DNA of 32,000 nt from an uncultured Gammaproteobacteria bacterium (lineage in GTDB: Bacteria; Patescibacteriota; Microgenomatia; Daviesbacterales; UBA10151): positions 1 to 32,000 of the forward strand of contig CAYHYM010000004.1 in assembly GCA_964360965.1 (NCBI GenBank), read 5' to 3'. The stretch's first letter is position 1; every line of letters begins with the position of its first letter. A program made the translations under genes and the position numbers. The notes under the pieces were generated by a model, which saw only the letters and a list, made by a program, of their open reading frames with translations, was not told the origin of the DNA and did no database searches. Below, one piece after another: positions 21,284-28,732 of the stretch.

Positions 21284-21691
21284 ATGTTACCTAAAACCAA
21301 AAGACTAAATCTCAAAACAGATTTTAAATGGGTGGCCTCTGGTAAAAAAATAGACACTAAGTTTGTCAGGCTTTTTGTTAAAATGGGAGATCCTTCGACC
21401 CATTCGATTAACACTCAGGGTCGTACTGAGTGGAATCGAAGTACGACTCGCTCCGCTCGCTCAGGACCTTTGGTTGGGATTGCTGTTTCAAGTAAGTCTT
21501 TTAAAAAAGCAACTCAGCGCAATAGAGCCAAAAGACTTACCTCTGTCGCACTTGAATCACTTTATCCTCTTCTCCCTTCCCGCTTAAATATTGTGGCCCT
21601 TCCCAAAACTGCCATAATTGGTGTAAAATCACAAGATGTGTTGTTGGACTTGATGAAATGTTATGAAAAAAATACTGATTGGTTTAATTAA
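21284..21691 (+). CDS. rnpA: Ribonuclease P protein component, carrying an internal insert of about 27 aa
   Basis: MLPKTKRLNLKTDFKWV... and ...GIAVSSKSFKKATQRNRAKRL match the RnpA pattern (RNR-KR motif). It lies after rpmH. The track start 21251 (MDPDIRRDD...) lies inside the hairpin element and is rejected in favour of ATG 21284. Confidence 0.85.
   Translation: MLPKTKRLNLKTDFKWVASGKKIDTKFVRLFVKMGDPSTHSINTQGRTEWNRSTTRSARSGPLVGIAVSSKSFKKATQRNRAKRLTSVALESLYPLLPSRLNIVALPKTAIIGVKSQDVLLDLMKCYEKNTDWFN
21389..21469. repeat. GC-rich 81-bp in-frame insert with nested inverted repeats inside rnpA
   Basis: It encodes DPSTHSINTQGRTEWNRSTTRSARSGP between the conserved FVKMG and LVGIAVSSK segments. TTCGATT (21403-21409) pairs with AATCGAA (21434-21440). 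CACTCAG (21412-21418) pairs with CTGAGTG (21426-21432). My hand count is 44 G+C in 81 nt. Confidence 0.5.
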
Positions 21692-21863
21692 TTTTTATCA
21701 AAAATTTCTCTCCTTTGACAGAGGTATGCTGGCTATTTTTGCTCCAGGAGGTGCTTGCAGATTTAGTCCCAGTTGTTCAGAATACACAAAACAGATGATT
21801 AGGGGGTTTGGGGTGTTTAGGGGAAGTTGGCTTGGTATGCAAAGAATCTGGAGGTGCAGATGA
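21663..21863 (+). CDS. yidD: Membrane protein insertion efficiency factor YidD
   Basis: 66-aa ORF with the CRFSPSCSEYTKQMI...RIWRC signature. It sits between rnpA and yidC. Confidence 0.85.
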   Translation: MKKILIGLINFYQKFLSFDRGMLAIFAPGGACRFSPSCSEYTKQMIRGFGVFRGSWLGMQRIWRCR

Positions 21864-22702
21864 GTGGCATAGGCGATATTTTTAATTTAGTATTCTTTGG
21901 ACCGGTTATAAATGCTTTGGTGCTGATTTACCAGGGATTTTCAGCTTTGCATATCACAGGAGCCTTAGGTTTTTCCATAATAATCCTGACTGTCATAATT
22001 AGGCTTTTGGTTTGGCCGTTTATGAGTAGTCAGATTAAGGCCACCAAAAAAATGGCAGATTTAAAGCCACATCTGGATGAATTAAAGAACAAGCATAAAG
22101 ATGATAAACAGGCTTTGGCACAAGCCCAAATGGCTTTATATAAAGAACATGGAGTCAATCCCGCAGGAGGTTGTCTGCCCGCCTTAATTCAGATTCCGAT
22201 TTTTATAGCTTTATACCAGGCCATTATCAACATCTTGCCCGGAGCTGGTGGGAATATTGATCATATTAACTCTTTACTCTACCTCACTCAACTTAAACTG
22301 CCCTCATATCTTGATCCTAATTTTCTTGGCCTTAATCTAGGGCTTAAGCCATCGCAATTTGTAAGCCACGGAGTATTGTTGCTGCTGGTGCCTGTTCTGA
22401 CAGCTGGTTTAACTTTTGTTCAATCAAAAATGACTATACCAAAACCGATAAAGCACCATAAAGATGAGCTCCCCAAAGAGACAAAAGAAAAAGAGAGTTT
22501 GGAAGATAGCATGGGGGCAATACAATCTCAGATGGTTTTTTTAATGCCCATCATGGTTGGTTATTTTGCCTTTTCTTTTCCCATAGGACTGGCAATATAT
22601 TGGAATACCTATACAATACTTGGGATTATCCAGCAGTATAAAATTACCGGCTGGGGAGGGGCTGCTGACTTCATCAGCAAATTTAAGGCAGGTTCTCGCT
22701 AA
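21860..22702 (+). CDS. yidC: Membrane protein insertase YidC (short, Gram-positive type)
   Basis: The sequence LVWPFMSSQIKATKKMADLKPHLDELKNKHKDDKQ...YKEHGVNPAGGCLPALIQIPIFIALY is diagnostic. The preferred start is ATG 21860, which forms an ATGA overlap with the yidD stop and has GGAGG at 21850-21854. The track start 21827 is in the same frame. Confidence 0.9.
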   Translation: MSGIGDIFNLVFFGPVINALVLIYQGFSALHITGALGFSIIILTVIIRLLVWPFMSSQIKATKKMADLKPHLDELKNKHKDDKQALAQAQMALYKEHGVNPAGGCLPALIQIPIFIALYQAIINILPGAGGNIDHINSLLYLTQLKLPSYLDPNFLGLNLGLKPSQFVSHGVLLLLVPVLTAGLTFVQSKMTIPKPIKHHKDELPKETKEKESLEDSMGAIQSQMVFLMPIMVGYFAFSFPIGLAIYWNTYTILGIIQQYKITGWGGAADFISKFKAGSR

Positions 22703-22721
22703 TCGCCCGAACAATAAAATT

Positions 22722-23189
22722 ATGGAAAATCAACTATCAGAAGTGCTTGATAATCTTTTAGGATTACTTCTTTCGGAAGGCGCTTATGAAATTGGTAAAG
22801 ACGAGAATGGAATAAATGTGGTTATTACCACAGAAGATGCTGGCAGGTTGATTGGTACAGGAGGGGAATTTTTAGAAGCCCTGCAGCTGATTGTTTCCCA
22901 GATATTTACTAAAAAGATGGGTAAATTTGAAAGAATAATTATAGATGTTTCGGGCTGGAGGAAACAAAGAGAGGAAGATCTTAAAATAATGGTGCAGGAT
23001 TGGGCTAAACAGGTGTTGGATTCAGGTCAAGGGTTTGATCTTGAACCAATGAATCCCTGGCAAAGAAGAGTTGTTCATCTGGCTGTGCAAGAGGTTGAGG
23101 GAGTTGAATCAGAAAGTGTGGGTGAGGGAAGAGACAGGCATATTGTCATAAAACCAGCTGGTAAGAAAACCAAACAGATTAAAAAATAA
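22722..23189 (+). CDS. jag: Jag/KhpB-like RNA-binding protein (KH plus R3H domains)
   Basis: The C-terminal R3H pattern is LEPMNPWQRRVVHLAVQEVEGVESESVGEGRDRHIVIKP. It lies after yidC as in most bacteria. The preferred start is ATG 22722 (MENQLSEVL). Confidence 0.8.
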   Translation: MENQLSEVLDNLLGLLLSEGAYEIGKDENGINVVITTEDAGRLIGTGGEFLEALQLIVSQIFTKKMGKFERIIIDVSGWRKQREEDLKIMVQDWAKQVLDSGQGFDLEPMNPWQRRVVHLAVQEVEGVESESVGEGRDRHIVIKPAGKKTKQIKK

Positions 23190-23222
23190 AATTATGCATT
23201 GCGGTTAGACTAGAATGGGATT

Positions 23223-24443
23223 GTGCAAAAGTTATTAAAAATTTCCCAGCAAACTCTATGGCAGATTATAGGCAAAGTGGTCTTTTCCCTGGCCACTTTT
23301 ATCATCCTGGCTTTGATTGCCAGAAATTATGGTGAGGAAGGAACAGGTGTTTTTACTTTAGCGCTTACCTATTTGGCCATCTTTTATCTTCTGTCGGACT
23401 TTGGATTTAATGCCCATGTTCTTAGAAAAGTCAAAAGGCAAAACTCAAAAGTCAAAAAAGAATGGCAAAAACTTTTAGGAACAAGAATTTTATGGTCTGG
23501 AGTTTTAATTGTATTGGCCATAGGACTACTTCCCTTTTGGCCATTTACAACTCCTGAATTTGCTCAGGCTGTGGTCATGGGAGCTTTGGCAATTATGGTG
23601 ACAGGCATATTTGTGACATGTAATTTAATTTTTCAAAGCAGTTTGCGATATGATCTGTCAGTTTTAGCCTCAAGTTTAGGGACAGTTGTTGGTTTGGCAG
23701 TGTTTGGCTATCTAGTCTTATCAAAATATCCGGTACCAATTTTACTACTGGCTCATTTTTCAGGTTGGTTGGTGATAACAGTTGTAGCAGTTATATTACT
23801 CAGGAAGATGGTTCGATCGCTATCCCCTATCTTCGATATTCCATATACCATAGACTTATTTAAAAAGTCCTGGCCCATTGCCGCAACACTTACTATAAAT
23901 GTGGTTTATTTTAGGGCTGACTCTTTTTTAATTGCCTATTTCAAATCTGTTTCGGAGGCAGGAGTTTATAATGTTGCCTACTCTGTTTTTCAATCAGCCC
24001 TGGTCCTACCCACTTTTATTATGAATGTTTACTACCCGATGATGCTTAAATCTTTTAAGGGCATAAAATTTGTGGCCTTAGGATTGTTGGGTTTGGCCTC
24101 ATTTGGAACAGTCATCACCCTACTCCTCTCTCCCTTTGTGGTGAATATTTTAACAGGAGGCGGATTTTTTGGATCCGCCCAATCTTTACAAATATTATCT
24201 TTGGGATTCCCTGCCTATTTTTTATCCGCTCTTTTGATGTGGGTTTTAGTGACTAAAAGTAAATATAAAACTTTGCTGATTATCTACTTGATCGGACTTT
24301 TGGTGAACTTGAGCTTAAACTTTATTTTTATCCCACAATACTCATTCATGGCTGCATCCTGGATTACGGTAATTTCCGAGTACTTAATTTTGGTGATGCA
24401 AACAGTGGTATTATTGTTTGAACGAAGTGAGGACACTTCTTAA
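23223..24443 (+). CDS. MOP-superfamily (Wzx/polysaccharide-biosynthesis type) flippase
   Basis: 406-aa ORF with a GTG start and about 12 hydrophobic helices. The N-terminus (QTLWQIIGKVVFSLATFIILALIARNYGEEGTGVF) is typical of oligosaccharide flippases. Confidence 0.7.
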   Translation: MQKLLKISQQTLWQIIGKVVFSLATFIILALIARNYGEEGTGVFTLALTYLAIFYLLSDFGFNAHVLRKVKRQNSKVKKEWQKLLGTRILWSGVLIVLAIGLLPFWPFTTPEFAQAVVMGALAIMVTGIFVTCNLIFQSSLRYDLSVLASSLGTVVGLAVFGYLVLSKYPVPILLLAHFSGWLVITVVAVILLRKMVRSLSPIFDIPYTIDLFKKSWPIAATLTINVVYFRADSFLIAYFKSVSEAGVYNVAYSVFQSALVLPTFIMNVYYPMMLKSFKGIKFVALGLLGLASFGTVITLLLSPFVVNILTGGGFFGSAQSLQILSLGFPAYFLSALLMWVLVTKSKYKTLLIIYLIGLLVNLSLNFIFIPQYSFMAASWITVISEYLILVMQTVVLLFERSEDTS

Positions 24444-24453
24444 AAATATTAAT

Positions 24454-24870
24454 ATGAAACTGATTATATATACAGATGGGGCATCAAGAGGTAATCCAGG
24501 CCATGCCTCATATGGTTTTACCATCTCTGATGAAAAGGGAGAGTTGATTTATCAGGAAGGGAAATATATTGGTATAGCCACCAATAATGTGGCTGAATAT
24601 ATGGCTGTTTTAAAAGCGCTAAAGTATGTGGAAAAAGAATTTTCGAGCAAAACCCCTGTTCAGATAGAACTTTTCGCAGACTCAATGCTGGTTGTAAAAC
24701 AGCTTTCAGGTCAATTCAAACTTAAAAATGAAAAGCTTAAAGTTTTTTTTGATCAAATCAAAATACTGGAACTTTCTTATGAAAGGGTTTTTTACAACTA
24801 CATTCCCCGCCAGAGGAACAAACTGGCGGATAAATTGGCCAATCTGGCATTGGATCTTAAGCTACATTAA
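24454..24870 (+). CDS. rnhA: Ribonuclease HI-family protein
   Basis: MKLIIYTDGASRGNPGHASYGF...NNVAEYMAVLKAL...FADSMLVV...NKLADKLAN carries the DEDD residues. The preferred start is ATG 24454. Confidence 0.85.
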   Translation: MKLIIYTDGASRGNPGHASYGFTISDEKGELIYQEGKYIGIATNNVAEYMAVLKALKYVEKEFSSKTPVQIELFADSMLVVKQLSGQFKLKNEKLKVFFDQIKILELSYERVFYNYIPRQRNKLADKLANLALDLKLH

Positions 24871-24956
24871 ATTACTATCAAAATCCTTCGACTTGTATAC
24901 AGTTTGTCACCTTTTATCTCTCTTGAATTATCCAAAGTTAATGATACTATTTACCC

Positions 24957-27785
24957 GTGAGCGATGATAACAATAATATCAGCCAGAAAAAGGGCATTTT
25001 GCTTGCACGAAATACCCCTATTGCTTTAGTCGTGGGCGCTGCTGGTTTTTTAGGATCGCATCTTGGAGAGATTTTATTAAAAATGCGTTTGCAGGTGTTG
25101 GGGGTGGATGATTTTTCAACAGGAGTCAGAAGTAATTTGGATGAAGTAACCAGGAATAAAAATTTTCATCTTATATCAGCCGGCATTGAACAACTTTCCT
25201 TAAATATTCCCAGGTTGGATTATATTTTTATAGTGGCAGAGGGGGATTTTCAGATAGAAAAGATTTTAAAAATGGCTACTTATTATAAATCAAAAATTGT
25301 CCTTGCCTCATACATAGAGTTATATGATCGGGAAAAAGAAAAAGAAAAAGAATACAACTGGTTTAAGACTGCTGAAATAAAACTGGCCCGTCTGGCCAAA
25401 GAACATAAATTAAATGCCAGGGTACTCAGGATGGCAACTGTCTATGGCCCCAGAATGCGCTTTAGGGGGTCAGATCCTATGGTCCGTTTAATAAAAGCAT
25501 ATCTTTTAGGACAGTTGCGCAGTGAAACTGAATTTGAGTTTTCCACACGGGCGCTTTTTATTGATGATGCGCTAGATCTTATGGTAAAGAGCATATTATC
25601 AGGCTCAACAGCTCTAAAAATTTATGACGGGGTGTTACCTGCTCCCATAAAACTCTCAGAAGTAAAGCAAATACTGCTTGAGCCAATCTGGTATGAAAAT
25701 AGGGGATTTAAACCCACCCCCCTACCTTCCTGGCCAACTCCAAATTTAGCCAAAACCCAAACAGAGCTGCGCTGGCAGCCCAAGATAGATCTGGTGGAGG
25801 CTTTGAAAAAAACTGTCAATTTTTTTCAGGATTATCCGGAATATGTTCCTGAACAAAAAGAAGATGAAGATCAATGGGAAGCTCCAATAGAAGCTCCAAT
25901 GGTTAAAATAGAACAAGATCAACCAAAAAAGGATAGAAAGGGCCTTAAAAAAGATTTTAAATGGCCGTTTGACAAACAGGCGGTGTTTGTGTCCGTAGGA
26001 CTTATGATAATCTTCTATGCAATTTTTTTTCCGCTGATATCTTTGGCAGTGGGAGTTTTTACTTTTAAGTGGCATCTGTCCCAAGCTTACTTTGCTTTAA
26101 ACAAAGGGAAGTATGAAGCCAGCCTTAATTTTGCCACCCAAAGCAAAAAAGGAGTTGATGAAACAAGTATGTTTTTGGATCAACTCAGACTATTGGAAAA
26201 AATTGGATTATTTACCGTTCAGTTTAGGGTAGCTGATAAACTGGTTAATATTGCCACCCTTACATCTGAGGGTGCCATTCATGCTATTTTGGGTACCAAA
26301 GCGCTGGATGAAAGCTTAAGGTCTATCAGCGGAGAGAGGAGTGGTTCTCTAGAGGATTCACTTGATCTCACAAATTTGGAAATGGCGGAGGCAGAGGAAA
26401 AATTTTCTCAAGCTTTGTCTCAAATCTCAACGATAGATCTATCAAAAAATCTGCCGACTATTTTGACTAACAGGATAAATACTTTAAAAGACCGGCTGGT
26501 GATTTATACTGATATTGCCAGAAAAGGAGCAGTTGCCAGTTTGGTTTTGTCTAAAATGATTAGTCTTGATGGTAAAAAAAGCTACCTGGTGCTTTTGCAA
26601 AATAATATGGAACTACGGCCGACAGGCGGTTTTATAGGGTCTTTAGCCCAGATTGATTTTGAAGGAGGTAAACTTAAGAAATTACAAGTTAATGATGTTT
26701 ACTCAATTGACAACAATTTAAAAATACATGTTGAACCCCCAAAAGAGATTAAGGAGGATTTGGGTCAAACAGACTGGTTTTTGCGCGATTCCAATTGGGA
26801 GAGCGATTTTCCCACTTCAGCCACCCGGGCAGAGTGGTTTTATGAGAGAGAAACAGGGGTCAGGGTGGATGGGGTAATAGCTTTTGATATTTCAGGGGTG
26901 GCAGCGCTGCTTAGGGTTTTGGGGCCTCTGGAGCTGACTGATTATCATGAGAAGATTACTGCCGATAATTTATTGGAAAGGGTAGTAACTCAATCGGAAA
27001 AGAAGAATTTTTTGACAGCCCTATCTACTGCTTTGTTTAACAAACTATTTTTTGTGCCAAAAACCAACTGGCCGGAAGTTTTGGGAGTGTTGGGAAAATC
27101 ACTGGAAGAGAAACACGCCTTAATCTTTCTTGATGACAGGAAACTTTTTTCCTACATGGTAGCTCAAAATTTAGCAGGAGTGTTGCCCAGGCCGGCAGCT
27201 GCTAAAGATAGTGAGATTGATGATTTTCTGGCAGTTGTTGAGGCAAACTTAGGCGCTAATAAGGCCAACTATTATCTTGACAGAAGCTATTTTTTAGAAA
27301 CAGTGATTGACAAAGAGGGGGAGATTAGTCACAGATTAAGGATCAGTTATACAAACCACAGCCCTTCCAATACTTTTCCTGCAGGTAAATATAAAAATCG
27401 GTTGAGGATTTATCTGCCTTTTGGCTCAAAAATCAGCCGGGCGCTGTGGGGGGAAGTGGATGTGACCAAAGACTTGTCTCCTTTTGCAGATTATGGCAGA
27501 TCAGTTTATTCAATACTTTTGCTACTTGATGAAAAAACAACTAAAAATTTAGTGCTGGATTATCAGCTGCCCCCAAACATCCATTTTAAAGATAATCAGG
27601 CTGTTTATAAACTGGATGTTATCAAGCAGGCAGGGACGCTGCATGATCCCTTAAATTGGAAGCTAACCTACCCGATCAATATGCAAGTTGTGTCTACCCA
27701 AACGGAAAAGATAGGCCCGCAGGAGTTAAATATTTCAACAGATCTGTCAAGGGACAGAAGTTTTGAGGTGGAATTTAAAAAGTGA
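24957..27785 (+). CDS. Fusion protein: N-terminal SDR-type NAD-epimerase/dehydratase-like domain, TM helices, C-terminal DUF4012 domain
   Basis: 942-aa ORF with a GTG start. The Rossmann motif is VVGAAGFLGSHLG and a YNWFK (YxxxK) motif is present. The TM region is VFVSVGLMIIFYAIFFPLISLAVGVF. The DUF4012 hallmark LLQNNMELRPTGGFIGS is present. Confidence 0.8.
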   Translation: MSDDNNNISQKKGILLARNTPIALVVGAAGFLGSHLGEILLKMRLQVLGVDDFSTGVRSNLDEVTRNKNFHLISAGIEQLSLNIPRLDYIFIVAEGDFQIEKILKMATYYKSKIVLASYIELYDREKEKEKEYNWFKTAEIKLARLAKEHKLNARVLRMATVYGPRMRFRGSDPMVRLIKAYLLGQLRSETEFEFSTRALFIDDALDLMVKSILSGSTALKIYDGVLPAPIKLSEVKQILLEPIWYENRGFKPTPLPSWPTPNLAKTQTELRWQPKIDLVEALKKTVNFFQDYPEYVPEQKEDEDQWEAPIEAPMVKIEQDQPKKDRKGLKKDFKWPFDKQAVFVSVGLMIIFYAIFFPLISLAVGVFTFKWHLSQAYFALNKGKYEASLNFATQSKKGVDETSMFLDQLRLLEKIGLFTVQFRVADKLVNIATLTSEGAIHAILGTKALDESLRSISGERSGSLEDSLDLTNLEMAEAEEKFSQALSQISTIDLSKNLPTILTNRINTLKDRLVIYTDIARKGAVASLVLSKMISLDGKKSYLVLLQNNMELRPTGGFIGSLAQIDFEGGKLKKLQVNDVYSIDNNLKIHVEPPKEIKEDLGQTDWFLRDSNWESDFPTSATRAEWFYERETGVRVDGVIAFDISGVAALLRVLGPLELTDYHEKITADNLLERVVTQSEKKNFLTALSTALFNKLFFVPKTNWPEVLGVLGKSLEEKHALIFLDDRKLFSYMVAQNLAGVLPRPAAAKDSEIDDFLAVVEANLGANKANYYLDRSYFLETVIDKEGEISHRLRISYTNHSPSNTFPAGKYKNRLRIYLPFGSKISRALWGEVDVTKDLSPFADYGRSVYSILLLLDEKTTKNLVLDYQLPPNIHFKDNQAVYKLDVIKQAGTLHDPLNWKLTYPINMQVVSTQTEKIGPQELNISTDLSRDRSFEVEFKK

Positions 27786-27837
27786 GGCTTTGCCTCATCT
27801 CCTGCATGTGAGAAAACAAGAAAAGATAACACTGACG

Positions 27838-27866
27838 TTGCTTGTAAGATTAGTTTGTGGTAAATT
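27838..27866 (+). promoter_or_regulatory. Candidate promoter TTGCTT-17 nt-TGG-TAAATT upstream of rplY
   Basis: TTGCTT (27838-27843), 17-nt spacer ending in TGG, TAAATT (27861-27866). ATG is at 27879. Confidence 0.3.
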
Positions 27867-27878
27867 ACCTTGACCTAT

Positions 27879-28649
27879 ATGGACAGATTAAGTTTACATG
27901 CCGAGGAGAGAATAATTCTTGGTAAAAAAGTAAAAAGGTTGCGCAAAGATGGCCTTTTGCCTGGCCATGTCTTTGGCAAAGGACTGGAAGGTGAGACGGT
28001 GGCTGTTTCTTCTCGCGATTTTCTAAAGACCTTCCACCTTGCCGGAGAAACCGGATTGATAGATTTAAAGATTGGCAAAGAAAAGGTCAGGCCGGTGCTG
28101 GTTAGGGAAGTGCAGTATGATCCTGTGTCAGGTCATCCAATCCATATAGATTTCTACCAGGTTAATTTATCAGAAAAAGTTAAAGTACCTGTTCCTTTGG
28201 TTTTGATAGGTGAGCAGCCGGAATCAGTTCATTTGGGTGAGACAATTGTCCTGCAAACTTTAAATGAGGTGGAAGTAGAAGCCCTGCCCACAGATTTGGT
28301 GGAAAAAATAGAAGTGGATATTAGTCCTCTTAAGCTGGTTGACGATGCCATTACTGTGGGACAGCTCAATTATGATCGAGACAAACTAACCATAGATGCC
28401 GGTCCAGAGGAGATTGTGGTTAAACTGGCCCCGGCTGTGACTGCCGAGATGGAAAAACTTTTGGAAGAGCAGGCTGCTGAAACAGCTGCGGCTGCTGTTG
28501 AAACTGAAGAAGAAGGTGCTCCGGCAGAAGGTGAAGCAGTGGAAGGTGCAGAAGCTGCGGAAGGTGCACCAGGAGCTGAAGTTCCAGCTGGAGAAGAAGT
28601 CAAAGCAGAAGCTGGAGAGCCAGCCCAGCCTGAAGAAAACCCCCAATAA
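27879..28649 (+). CDS. rplY: 50S ribosomal protein L25/general stress protein Ctc with a long acidic Ala/Glu/Gly tail
   Basis: LSLHAEERIILGKKVKRLRKDGLLPGHVFGKG...IHIDFYQV matches L25/Ctc. The preferred start is ATG 27879; the track uses TTG 27870. Confidence 0.88.
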   Translation: MDRLSLHAEERIILGKKVKRLRKDGLLPGHVFGKGLEGETVAVSSRDFLKTFHLAGETGLIDLKIGKEKVRPVLVREVQYDPVSGHPIHIDFYQVNLSEKVKVPVPLVLIGEQPESVHLGETIVLQTLNEVEVEALPTDLVEKIEVDISPLKLVDDAITVGQLNYDRDKLTIDAGPEEIVVKLAPAVTAEMEKLLEEQAAETAAAAVETEEEGAPAEGEAVEGAEAAEGAPGAEVPAGEEVKAEAGEPAQPEENPQ

Positions 28650-28732
28650 GAACCCTCGCTTTGCTCGGAACCTTGCCCATTTGACTTCGTCAAAGGGTAA
28701 AGCGGGTAATTTGCGTTAATTTTGCGTTTAAT

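Noticed and set aside
28370-28719. Minus-strand ORFs 28370-28693 and 28386-28646, and plus-strand ORF 28498-28719
   Set aside because: They are shadow ORFs of the purine-rich, repetitive acidic tail of L25.
28650-28732. Hairpin CCCATTTGAC-TTC-GTCAAAGGG and the near-tandem AATTTGCGTT/AATTTTGCGTT, considered as a bidirectional terminator between rplY and valS
   Set aside because: The stem has a bulge and no T-tract follows on either strand. It is mentioned only as a possible relative of the repeat family, not called as a terminator.
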